From: Malacoraja senta
Lineage: Eukaryota
Assembly (NCBI GenBank): GCA_038087875.1
Contig: CM075988.1
Location: forward strand, 2,232,001-2,296,000
DNA: 64,000 nt
Reading direction: 5' to 3'
In this document: piece after piece, positions 48,722-60,934 of the stretch
How positions within the stretch are numbered: position 1 is the first letter of the stretch
How the letters are laid out: each line of letters opens with the position of its first letter
Notes under the pieces: generated by a model
Told to the model about the DNA's origin: nothing
The model's database searches: none
The model's input: the letters and a program-made list of their open reading frames with translations, nothing else
Translations under genes and position numbers: made by a program

Positions 48722-49976
48722 AAGCCATATAACCATATAACAATTACAGCACGGAAACAGGCCATCTCGGCCCTTCTAGTCCGTGCTGAACACTTACTCT
48801 CACCTAGTCCCATCTACCTGCACTCAGACCATAACCCTCCATTCCTTTCCCGTCCATATACCTATCCAATTTATTTTTAAATGATAAAAACGAACCTGCC
48901 TTCACCACTTCCACTGGAAGCTCATTCCACACAGCTACCACTCTCTGAGTAAAGAAGTTGCCCCCACATGTTGCCCCTAAACTTCTGTCCCTTAATTCTC
49001 AAATCATGTCCTCTTGTTTGAATCTTCCCTACTCTCAATGGAAAAAGCTTATCCACGTCAACTCTGTCTATCCCTCTCATAATTTTAAAGACCTCTATCA
49101 AGTCCCCCCTTAACCTTCTGTGCTCCAAAGAATAAAGACCTATCTTGTTCATCCTTTCTCTGTAACTTAGGTGCTGAAACCCAGGCAACATTCTAGTAAT
49201 TCTCCTCTGTACTCTCTCTATTTTGTTGACATCTTTCCTATAATTTGGCGACCAAAATTGTACACCATATTCCAGAATTGGCCTCACCAATGCCTTGTAT
49301 AATTTTAACATTACATCCCAACTTCTATACTCAATGCCCTGATTTATAAAGGCCAGCACACCAAAAGCTTTCTTTACCACCCTATCTACATGTGATTCCA
49401 CCTTCAGGGAACTATGCACAGTTATTCCTAGATCCCTCTGTTCAACTGCATTCCTCAATTCGCTACCATTTACCATGTACGTCCTATTTTGATTTGTCCT
49501 GCCAAGATGTGGCACCTCACACTTATCAGCATTAAACTCCATCTGCCATCTTTCAGCCCACTCTTCCAAATGGCCTAAATCTCTCTGTAGACTTTGAAAA
49601 TCTACTTCATTATCCACAACACCACCTATCTTAGTATCATCTGCATACTTACTAATCCAATTTACCACACCATCATCCAGATCATTGATGTATATGACAA
49701 ACAACAGTGGACCCAACACAGATCCCTGAAGCACCCCACTAATCACCGGCCTCCAACCTGACAAACAGTTATCCACCATTACTCTCTGGTATCTCCCATT
49801 CAGCCACTGTTGAATCCATCTTGCTACTCCGCTATTAATACCCAACAATTGAACCTTCTTAACCAACCTTCCATGTGGAACCTTGTCAAAGGCCTTACTG
49901 AAGTCCATATAGACAACATCCACCGCTTTACCCTCATCAATTTCCCTAGTAACCTCTTCAAAACATTCAAGAAGAT
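48722..49976 (-). mobile_element. 5'-truncated CR1-clade LINE of a different subfamily, RT frame largely open
   Basis: ORF 48922-49980: YMDFSKAFDKVPH...QGSVLGPLLF...KYADDTK...RLRGDLIEVFK, with a (ATATAACC)-type tail repeat at ~48725-48742. Confidence 0.95.
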
Positions 49977-52444
49977 TCAAGCCATTGAGTTTTTTTCAAA
50001 AAGAGCACATGGTGACCAAGCAGAGTGCATAGAGCAATCCAAATAACCATATTCCATGCCTATCAACCTTAACTAGCTGTACCACTGGCCGAGCCTCTTA
50101 ATCCCACATTAGATTCATTATTCCCCTCAGAACCCACAGAGGGACCTAGAGAAACTCATCCCCTTTAATGACAGCAGATTCTCATCACTTGTCTTGGAGG
50201 TACAAATGCTAACAGTAACTTTTTTGCTGACTATTGTTGTACTTGACACTGTATTTTCATGATCTGCAGACATGAACCCCTTGATCTCTTGATCTCCCCT
50301 GTTGCTGCTCTTTCACTATCCAGATAATACTTGATTCCTGTGTTGAAATAATTTGCCACATTTTCAACAATGACATTCATTATTGATGTGCAGTTATTTG
50401 GTTCTTTTCTAAAGCAGAGGAAATACAATGAGGGAAAATAAGATTCCTTACTGTTGAATGATCAGTGAGTAATGTGAGAAACTGGTGTGGTGCTGCAGAG
50501 TGGAATCAGTGGACAGTCGCACTCTGGGTGGCAGTGAAAACCTAACACATTAACTTGCAATTTTTAACTGGACTGGAATGTACACACAAAATGTAGCCAA
50601 TATCTAAGTTTATTTAACATAATCATAACATGACTCCCAGGAGGAATAAACACAAGGCTGTCTTTGAATCACTTCCTCTGCACTTCCGAGCACTTGGTCC
50701 GACCACTTGTTGTGGGATGTAAAATCTTGCATGCTTGCATCTGCCTGCATTTAATTGGCAACGAAAAGTTGGCTCTGAGGGAAGATCTTGCTTAAGCATT
50801 TTCCCTTGCACAAATGTGTGCTGAGGTCTTTAGGTTCGTTACAGCATTGATTTTAATCAGCATGATCCTGCCAAATTTAGTTTTTTGCAAAAATCTGCTG
50901 TCACTTTTGCCTGATACTTCCTCAAGAGAATGTTTATTGGTTGCTGGTTTTACCAAAACAATGCCAAATTCTATGATGCGAAGTGGTTATAATATAATTG
51001 ATGAATTAAGGAACACTATTTGTGTTACACGGGGCAAATTTGTTAGAATGCAATTTTGATTGCGAACAGGTGAACCACTTAAAATTTACTTATAAAATTA
51101 ACATGCAGAGAAAGCCTTTTTTGAAAAAAAAGTCTTAAAAATAACTTTATAACCGCTACACTGTCACTTAGGAATATGGTTGTATGTCCGTATTATGTTT
51201 TCTGTCCAATTTTATTCCAGGCCTCGTTGGCTGATTGGCTGCCATGTATCCTACCTGGCATCAATGATTGCACTTCAGAAGTACTTAGTTGAATAAAATG
51301 AGCTTTAGGATGATGTATTATGTAAAATGGTGTTAAGGTAGATTTAGTCCTTTGGTCACCCTACTTTATCACCTACTGCTGCCACCATCACCATAAGTTG
51401 CCTACCTTCAGATTATTGTATATGCAGTTTTTGTTGAGAATTCAGCAGATGAATCTCTGGATTTTAATTTGCACAAACTTTTCATATCCTTAACTTTGCA
51501 TGACCTTTTGTGAAGAACATTGATTGTTTGAACCAGTCTGTACATGTGACTATACCAGTAGAATAGGATGCATCTTAAATGTTTACTGAAATGGCAACAG
51601 CACCCCAGAGTCTTAGTCCAATGGGCCCATCAACCATATCCATGCATGTCATCAAATACTCATGCAATGAAATGTAAGTTTCTGCCGCTTTTGCCATGGT
51701 GTTTTTAAGTTCTCATCTATCTAAATATTATGAAAACCATGTGTATTCAATCTCTCGGATATATATTCAATATTTCAACCCATTTTCTTGGTGTAAGAAA
51801 TTCTTCCTCAGACCCTTCTAATTCTCTTACTTCCTACATGAAACGTGTGCCCTCTGGTTGTAGACCTGCTAATGGGAAGTTTTCTCTGGTCCTCCTCATT
51901 TTACATATCTCAATCAGATCCCCCTTGAACCTGCTTTGCTTCAAAGATAATTAGCTCGGCTTATCCAGTCTTTCCTTTATAGATGAAACACTCCATCGTA
52001 AGCAACATCCTTGTGAAGTTCCTCTGCATCCACTCCACTGCAATCACATTCTTCCCATAGCGTGGCAACCAGAATTGTGCACAGTAGTCCAGTTTTAACC
52101 TAACCATTGCTTTATATGGTCATACCAATCTTAACACATCAAAGCAAAAAATAAAGAGTGAAAAAGCGTCCCCACAAACATTTGGGGACATTACTGAATT
52201 GAAAAAGCTGACCCAGCATAAATAATCACATGGAATGATTGGATAAACTTGGGTTGAAGATATTTAAAATCATTAGGATTCTTGACAAAGGTGATGGAGA
52301 GAAACTGTTCCTAATGGAATTAAATTGAATGAAAACTATTAACAAAAGTGACTGGGGGATGTTCATATGATCTGGGATACACTATCAGGAATGGAAGCAG
52401 ATTCAATAGTTGAAAAGGGAGCTTGAAGGATATTTGAAAAAACT

Positions 52445-52992
52445 TGTTTAAGAAAGAACTGCAGATGCTGGAAAAATCAAAGGTAGACAAAAAATGCTGG
52501 AGAAACTCAGCAGGTGAGGCAGCATCTATGGAGAGAAGGAATAGGCGAGGTTTCTGTTCAAGACCCTTCTTCAGACTGATGTTGGGGGAGGGTAAAAGAA
52601 AGGAAGAGGCGGAGACAGTAGGCTTTGTGGGAGAGCTGGAGTGGGGAAGGAAGGAGAAAGCAAGGGCTATCTAAAATTGGAGAAGTCATTGCTCATACCA
52701 CTGGGGTGTAAACTACCTAGGCGAAATATGAGGTGCTGTTCCTCCAATTTGCACTGGGCCTCACTCTGGCAATGGGAGGAGGCACAGGACAGAAAGGTCA
52801 GGTTGGGAATGGGAGGGGGAGTTCAAGTGCTGAGGTCACCGGGAGATCAGGTTGGTTAGTACGAACTGAGCGGAGGTGTTGGGCGGAGGTGTTGTAGAGA
52901 AATTGATACCTGGAACAGCGGATGCAGTAGATGAGGTTGGAGGAGGTGCAGGTGAACCTCTGCCTCACCTGGAAATACTGATTGGATCCTTG
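52445..52992 (-). mobile_element. Penelope-like 3' fragment with terminal repeat
   Basis: Reverse complement of the GIY-YIG/terminal-repeat sequence at 23939-24382 and 39403-39802. Confidence 0.85.
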
Positions 52993-53546
52993 TTCCGCAA
53001 TTCCATAATAACTGTGCCCAATTATCCTATTAATTTTTGTTCACTTTTAATCAGGTTCCCATCTGTAGATTCTAGCAGGTTTTTTCTCTCATTTCCTAAA
53101 TAGTTAGGCTTTGTTTTTTATTTGTAGTTCACGTGAGCTATTCAAAGATCTAGGAAATTGTGAAAGATTAAAATCACAGTCAGCTCCTCTTAAAAGCATG
53201 GAGTGTGCCATCTGCTTTTGGAGATTCCTTTTTGGTCATATTTTCTTTATTACTATTTCTTCACGGGCATTACATTTATTTATGTTCTGTACATTAATTT
53301 TTGTGCTTTGTACCATTTAGGCAGATTAAAATTATTTGTTTATTTCCTTATCCCCTTTAATTTACCCAGTCTCTGGTGAAAAGATGACTGGGAGAAGTTT
53401 ACTCATTCCAGATTTATGGTAATCTTTTGCTAAATCCTCACATTCACTTATTTTGACAACATTATAAAGGCTTTAATCAGCCACTGTTAGGTGTTAACCT
53501 TGGTTGGATCTTGTTTCCTATGGGTTTCAAATTAATCAGGGGATAA

Positions 53547-54127
53547 AAACATAGAAACTAGGTGCAGGAGGAGGCCATTCGGCCCTACGAGCCAGCACCG
53601 CCATTCATTGTGATCATGGTTGATCGTCCCCTATCAATAACCCGTGCCTGCCTTCTCCCCATATTCCTTGACTCCACTAGCCCCTAGAGCTCTATCTAAC
53701 TCTCTCTTAAATCCATCCAGTGACTTGGCCTCCACTGCCCTCTGTGGCAGGGAATTCCATAAATTCACAACTCTCAGTGTGAAAAATCTTTTCTCACCTC
53801 AGTCTTAAATGATCCCTTTATTGTAAGATTGTGGCCCCTGGTTCTGGACTCGCCCAACATTGGGAACATTTTTCCTGCATCTAGCTTGTCCAGTCCTTTT
53901 ATAATTTTATGTTTCTATAAGATGCCCTTCATCCTTCTAAACTCCAGTGAATACAAGCCTAGTCTTTTCAATCTTTCCTCATATGACAGTCCCGCCATCC
54001 CAGGGATCAATCTCGTGAACCTACGCTGCACTGCTTCAATCAGAAGGATGTCCTTCCTCAAATTAGGAGACCAAAACTGTACACAATACTCCAGATGTGG
54101 TCTTACCAGAGCCCTATACAACTGCAT
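53547..54127 (-). mobile_element. CR1 3' fragment
   Basis: ORF 53915-54127 [19 protein letters not shown]..., the CR1 3' UTR and a (CATAGAAA) tail. Confidence 0.92.
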
Positions 54128-54779
54128 AAATTGCGAACACCTATGGGCTTACCCAGCGCACAGAGAAATTGACAGTTCTTGAAACATTAGGCGTGCAATA
54201 TTTTATTCAAAATATACTGAATACCTCCTTTGAATATAAGGGATTTTGAAACTTCATGTTCTGCACATTCTAGTACTAAGCCGGTTTGCAGTTTTTAATG
54301 TTATAAATAGAGAATAACTTGAGACTTGCTGTTCAACAATATGAACTGGTATGTTTTTGCTACGCAGCAAAGTGGTACAGGTCATTTTCATGGGTGCCTT
54401 TAGAGCAATTGTTACTAGGATACATCTCATGCACTGAGATAGGTAAATCTTGGAGTTGTGGTTCAGAATATGTGGTGTATTAGAGAGATTTTATCTGTTC
54501 TCAATCAATTTTGATAACACATACTTTTGTTCTGCCTGAGGCCAGTTTTCCTGGGTCTATTTGGAAGCCCTCCATCTATTTAAGTATACATTGTATTTAA
54601 GTATACATAAGTGTTGTATCCAGCAACCCGAAGCAACTTATAAAAAGAATGTGATTTTAAAGTTACATTTTGGGAAGTTTAATCAGTACAGGTCCACCAC
54701 CGATTTTCTGTCAACTGATGATTCGGCACTTCCTTTAATCTGGACAAAATTACGAGAGAGCACTTGAAATCTCCCCCTG

Positions 54780-55560
54780 AAATTGTTTGTGGGTTTTTTT
54801 GTACTGTTTTAATTGTGTATATGTGGGGGGCGGAGGGGGGAGGGGGAAACTTAAAAAAAATCTATTCCCTGCACGGGAGACCCGACCTTTTCCCTGTCGG
54901 GTCTCCGTTGTCGTTGGGGCCTAGCTCCGTGGAGCGGCCTCCGACCGGGACGACCTGGGGGCTCCAGTCGCGGAGCCTGTGGAGCTGCGGACTTACCATC
55001 GTGGGGCTGGCCGTCCTCGCAGCGCGGGGAGCGGTGGTGGCTCGTTGCTGCGGCCCGACTCCGGAGCTCCAGCTGCAGCTGCAGACCCGTGGACTGGGAC
55101 ATCGGGAGCTCGCGGGTCCGGGTGAGAGACCGCTTTCCGGAGCTCCCGCAACGCAACTTCTCCAGCTCGAGTCGCGGGGTTGGAACGACCCGGAGCGGGG
55201 CCGTAAATCGCCCGGCGCGGCTTTAATGTTAAAGCCGCGGGACATTCCAGCGCCCGCCGGGGCTCCAACTTTGTGACTTTTGGGCCCGGAGCGAGGCCGT
55301 ACACCGCCCGGCGTGGCCTCAACGGCCGTGGGACTTAACATTGCCCGCCTGGGGCTTCAACATCGGGAGAAAAATGGTGCAGGGGAGAGAAATGACTTTG
55401 CCTTCCATCACAGTGAGGAGGAGATTCACTGTGATGGATGTTTTTCTGTAAATTGAATTGTTTGTGTGTCGTGTAGGAATTGTTTTGTTTGTATGGCTAT
55501 GGAAACGGAGTTTCGTTTGAGCCTCTTTGAGGTTCAAATAACAAGAAATAAAATCAAACT
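54780..55560 (+). mobile_element. GC/CpG-rich non-coding retro-element with a Rex1/Babar-type 3' tail, related to 40130-40973
   Basis: Shared 5' block (TATGTGGGGG...GGGGGAAACTT...TCCCT), hairpin 55404-55438, hairpin 55516-55538, and AATAAA. Confidence 0.65.
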
Positions 55561-56059
55561 CGAAAGTTCTCCCGAAAATCTGGTGCCCAGTAGATTAGAT
55601 GAGGCGGCTGACCTCAACCTCATCGGAACATCTGCGGCCAATCGGCTCCCTGGCGGCCTGGATTGACTGATACAGTATTATTCGACGACTTCTGGAGGCC
55701 GTGACTTCGGTAGGTCCGACAAATTCAGCAAGGCTTTGGAACCAATGATGATAGACGTATACTTGAATTATTATAATATGCCAACTATCTATGATATTGA
55801 CATCTTATGCAGCTCTTCTTAGACAAAGAATTGTTCAAACTTTGTGCTTAATATAAAAATTTAGTTGTTTGAAATGTCACGTCTGGCAGTTGTACCAGAT
55901 GTGACATACTTGTGCTGATGATGAGAGATGTGAGCATAGAGCTGATGAACTGAGCTTTATAATCCTATTCCATTTCTGGCATTGGTTATTGATTGCTGGC
56001 TCTTCAATGTGTCACGGGTGTGCACACTTTGGACCAAGTGGCTTATGCAGAGTGCATAT

Positions 56060-57015
56060 ATCAGGATTTGGCAAGGCAGAGACTGGGAGATAGTCAGCAT
56101 AACTTTGTGTGGGAAAATCCTGTTTTACTAATTTAATTGTGTTTTTTTAAGGTGCCCAAGAGATTGAAGGTAGGGTGGTAGATGTTGTCTATGTGGACTT
56201 CAGTTGGGCATTTGACATGTTAGGTTATGTTAGGTTAGTCCATAAGGTTAAGTACATGGAATCCAAGGCAACCTGGGAAATTGGATCTAAAATTGGCAGG
56301 TGATAGGTGATGATTGATGGATGCTTTTCTTTGGAGAACTGTGATCCGGAGATCGGTTCTGGGACTTTTATTTGTGATATGTATTAATGACTTGAATGTT
56401 AATAAAGGAGGTATCTTTGAAGATAGCATGAAAATTGATGTCATGGATAGCAGGAAAAATCATCTCAGACTGATAATTTGTGTGCATCAAATATAAATTG
56501 GAACATCTTGTTGCAGCTCTTCAAAACACTGGTAGCCATGCTATTGGATGTACTTGTGTTGGGTACAGAGGAAAGTGACCAGGTGTTGTTTGGATTGGAG
56601 GACTTTAACTAAAGAAAAAGTGGCAGGGCTCGCTTCCCCTCAAGTGTAGAAGGCTGATGAGTGATCTGATCGAGTTATATCTGTAAGATTATGAGAGACT
56701 TGAATAGGGTAGATAGTCAGAATCATTTTTCTGTTAGGGATGTCAAAAACAAGAAGATAGTATAGGTTAAGGTGAGATGAGGTGCTTTAAGGAGTATCTA
56801 AGAGGAACTTTTTGAACATAGAGGTTAATATTTGGAATGTGCTGCTAGAGAAGGAGGTGGAGGCAGATATAATCACTTCATTTCAAGCACACGGACTTGA
56901 ATAGGCAAAGCATAAAAGGATAAAGACCTAATGCGGGCAAATAAGATTCATCAGGACAGGCAAAATGGTTGGCATGGATTAGTTGGCTGTTTCTGAGCTG
57001 CTTGGATCCATGACT
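56060..57015 (+). mobile_element. Old, degenerate CR1 fragment
   Basis: Residual QHNFV...GTAGATGTTGTCTATGTGGACTTCAG...GCATTTGAC (VDVVYVDFS.AFD) and 3' motifs. Confidence 0.75.
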
Positions 57016-57744
57016 CAATGGGAGTTTGCCACAGAGGATTTAGATGGTTCTTTCAGCACTGTAGGGTGTATAGATCATATATCCTTGAGGATAGACACAA
57101 AAAGCTGGAGTAACAGGCAGCATCTCTGGAGAGAAGGAATAGGTGACGTTTCGGGTCGAGACCCTTCTTGATATATCTGGATGAAGACAATACTATTTTC
57201 ATGGATGAAATAGTAGCGATGTTACGAAACTTACCTTCAGCGGCGCTGCAGTTCTGCCACTGGCCGTGTGCGCGACTTTGGCTCCTTTGAGGGGGGGATT
57301 AAAATCCAGTTTTCTACTGCCTGTCGGCGGTGGACTTCCTCGGGCTCGCGAGACAATTTAATAATTATATTAAAATAAAAAGCGACTTCTAACGCCCTCA
57401 ACGCCTACAAAGTGACGGATCGCAAGAACGGGACAAAACAAAGGGTAAGTCGTTTATTTTACATATAAACTTGCTTCTTGGGATGGCTTTAATCTAATGT
57501 GAAAATGTGATTTGGGCCCCATACGAACCGGCAGTGTTTTTCCTGCTGATATGGAGTTCAAATTCACCGCAAATGCAACGTTCCAATCGATCGTGTTCCA
57601 GAAAAACCCACTCGCAAGATGATTTAAATGCTTTTTTTTGGACAATCATGTCATAAGAGCATCTAAATCGTCTATATTTTGTGTTATTGTCTATCCATGG
57701 TCAATATTTTTACACTAAATATCAGTTTTAGTCCCATGTAGTAG

Positions 57745-60482
57745 TCCCATAACAGTAGTAGTGGAGTTGGGGATGGCATCAAATAGGAAATTAGAATTGC
57801 GTGCAACAAAGGTAAAACAGTTATAATGGGTGACTTCAATCTACATGTAGATTGGGTGAATCAACTTGGCAGGGGTGCTGAGGAAGAGGATTTCTTGGAA
57901 TATAGGCGGGATAGTTTTCTAAACCAACATGTAGAGGAATCAACGAGAGAGCAGGCTATACTAGACTGGGTATTGAGTAATGAAGAAGGGTTAGTTAGCA
58001 GTCTTGTTGTGCGTGGCCCCTTGGGCAAGAGTGACCATAATATGGTTGAGTTCTTCATTTGGATGGAGAGTTTCATTGTTAATTCAGAAACAAGGGTCCT
58101 GAACTTAAAGGTAACTTTGAGGGTATGAGACGTGAATTGGCCAAGATAGACTGGCAATTGATTCTTAAAGGGTTGACGGAGGATATGCAATGGAAGGCAT
58201 TTAAAGACTGCATGGATGAACTACAACAATTGTTCATCCCAGTTTGGCAAAAGAATAAATCAGGGAAGGTAGTGCATCCGAGGATAACAAGGGAAATCAG
58301 GGATAGTATTAAAACAAAAGATGAAGTGAACAAATTAGCCAGAAAAAGCAGCCTACCAGAGGACTGGGAGAAATTCAGAGTCCAGCAGAGGAGGACAAAG
58401 GGCTTAATTAGGAACGGGAAAATAGATTATGAAAGAAAACTGGCAGGGAACATAAAAACTGACTGCAAACGTTTTTATAGATATGTGAAGAGAAAGAGAT
58501 TAGTTAAAACAAATCAGTCAGAAACGGGTGAATTGATCATGGGGAACATGGCAGACCAATTGAATAACTACTTTGGTTCTGTCTTCACTAAGGAAAACAT
58601 AAATAATCTGCTGGAAATAGCAGGGGACCGCGGGTCAAATGAGTTGGAGGAACTGAGAGAAATCCAAGTTAGCCGGGAAGTGGTGTTAGGTAAATTGAAT
58701 GGATTAAAGGCCGATAAATCCACAGGGCCAGATAGGCTGCATCCCAGAGTACTTAAGGAAGTAGCCCCAGAAATAGTGGATGCATTAGTGATAATTTTTC
58801 AAAACTCTTTAGATTCTGGTGTAGTTCCTGAGGATTGGAGGGTAGCTAATGTAACCCCACTTTTTAAAAAGGGAGGGAGAGAGAAAATGGGGAATTACAG
58901 ACCAGTTAGTCTAACATCGGTAGTGGCGAAACTGCTAGAGTCAGTTATTAAAGATGGGATAGCAGCACATTTGGAAAGTGGTGAAATGATTCGGCAAAGT
59001 CAGCATGGATTTCCGAAAGGTAAATCATGTCTGACGAATCTTATAGAATTTTTCGAGGATGTAACTATTAGAGTGGATAAGGGAGAACCAGTGGATGTGT
59101 TATATCTGGACTTTCGTAAGGCTTTTGACAAGGTCCCACATAAGAGATTAGTATACAAACTTAAAGCACACGGTATTGGGGGTTCAGTATTGATGTGGAT
59201 AGAGAACTGGCTGGCAAACAGGAAACAAAGAATAGGAGTAAACAGGTCCTTTTCAGAATGGCAGGCAGTGACTAGTGGGGTACCGTAAGGCTCAGTGCTG
59301 GGACCCCAGCTATTTACAATATATATTAATGATTTGGACGAGGGAATTGAATGCAACATCTCCAAGTTTGAGGATGACACGAAGCTGGGGGGCAGTGTTA
59401 GCTGTGAGGAGGATGCTAGGAGGCTGCAAGGTGACTTGGATAGGCTGGGTGAGTGGGCAAATGCATGGCAGATGCAGTATAATGTGGATAAATGTGAGGT
59501 TATCCACTTTGGTGGCATAAACAGGAAAGTAGACTATTATCTAAATGGTGGCCGATAAGGAAAAGGGGAGATGCAACGAGACCTGGGTGTCATGGTGCAC
59601 CCGTCATTGAAAGTAGGCATGCAGATGCAGCAGGCAGTGAAGAAAGCGAATGGTATGTTAGCATTGATAGCAAAAGGATTTGAGTATAGGAGCAGGGAGG
59701 TTCTACTGCTGTTGTACAGGGTCTTGGTGAGACCACACCTGGAGTATTGCGTACAGTTTTGGTCTCCAAATCTGAGGAAAGACATTCTTGCCGTAGAGGG
59801 AGTACAGAGAAGGTTCACCAGACTGATTCCTGGGATGTCAGGACTTTCATATGAAGAAAGACTGGATAGACTCGGCTTGTACTCGCTAGAATTTAGAAGA
59901 TTGAGGGGGGATCTTATAGAAACTTACAAACTTCTTAAGGGGTTGGACAGGCTAGATGCAGGAAGATTGTTCCCGATGTTGTGGAAGTCCAGGGCAAGGG
60001 GGTCACAGTTTAAGGATAAGGGGGAAATCTTTTAGGACCGAGATGAGAAAAAAAATGTTCACACAGAGTGGTGAATCTCTGGAATTCTCTGCCACAGAAG
60101 GTAGTTGAGGCCAGTTCATTGGCTATATTTAAGAGCGAGTTAGATGTGGCCCTTGTGGCTAAAAGGATCAGGGGGTATGGAGAGAAGGCAGGTACAGGAT
60201 ACTGAATTGGATGATCAGCCATGATCATATTGAATGGCGGTGCAGGCTCGAAGGACCGAATGGACTACAAAGCGGGAAGAGACACAGACTTTAAGACTTT
60301 TGCCTCCATCACAGTGAGGAGGTGCCTGGTGAACTCACTGTGGTGGATGTTAATTTGTGTTTATTGTGTGTTTTGTCATTTATTATTATATGTATGACTG
60401 CAGGCAACGAAATTTCGTTCAGACCGAAAGGTCTGAATGACAAATAAAGGAATCTCTAATCTCTCCTGCACCTATTTTCTAT
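57745..60482 (+). mobile_element. Large 5'-truncated CR1-clade LINE (EN C-terminus plus RT), with a few frameshifts and stops
   Basis: MGDFN...ILDWVL...LGKSDH (57826-58128). KSTGPD.LHPRVLKE...NYRPVSLTS...QHGF...LDFRKAFDKVPH (58125-59288). RT C-terminus to ~60200. The 3' UTR is interrupted at ~60269-60461. Confidence 0.96.
60269..60461 (+). mobile_element. Short insertion consisting of the two-hairpin Rex1/Babar-type 3' module
   Basis: Splits the CR1 UTR motif GAATGG.CTAC|TCCTGCACCTATT. Hairpins at 60305-60347 and 60418-60437, then TGACAAATAAA and (AATCTCT)n. Confidence 0.75.
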
Positions 60483-60616
60483 GTATTTGCAAAAAAATAA
60501 TAATTTTGATTATATTGAGTGGATGTTTCTAGATTAATTTATGGGAATTAAACATTAAATTCCTTCCATCTGGGATATAAATTCATGACAGTGAGATTTA
60601 AAAATCATGTTATATT

Positions 60617-60934
60617 GTGAATTCTTGTGTGAATGGGATTAGTTTGTTATTTGGATACTTAGGCTATTTTAAAGAAATTGAATCTTTTCTTAAGAAATGG
60701 AATCTACAGGACATTCTTAATGGGAAAGTAGTGGGCAGAAAGGCATGTCATGCGTGGTTTGAAGAGCAAAAACTTGTAGTTTACAATGCCAAAATTGAAA
60801 AGTTGAGGAAAAACAAGGTGTACAGAGTTGCTTATTGGTTACAATCTGAGGAGTATGATGATGCTATTGATTATGATATGCCAATGTACCAGCTAGCAAC
60901 TGATCTTCTCCATAAAGACTTGGTCTATTGCTAG
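60617..60934 (+). pseudogene. Coding remnant resembling a Spin/Ssty (Spindlin-type Tudor) domain, probably the C-terminus of a transposon protein
   Basis: VVGRKACHAWFEEQKLVVYNAKIEKLRKNKVYRVAYW...MYQLATDLLHKDLV* follows the pattern of a Spindlin Tudor-like repeat (IGKAVEHMF...WRGMVL...FYITY...MYQLLDDYKEGDL, recalled from memory). Confidence 0.45.

Noticed and set aside
54688..54770. Tigger/pogo-like end (TA-CAGGTCCACCACCG); similar remnants at ~29510-29600 and ~45230-45420
   Set aside because: No matching opposite TIR was found, so they are too weak to call.
54764..55341. Long ORFs in GC-rich blocks (also 40203-40793 and 41658-42329)
   Set aside because: Open in multiple frames on both strands because of GC content, and they lie inside recognisable non-coding repeats.
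55915..55960. C/D-box snoRNA-like motifs (ATGATGA...CTGA)
   Set aside because: Box spacing is too short and there is no convincing terminal stem or guide sequence.
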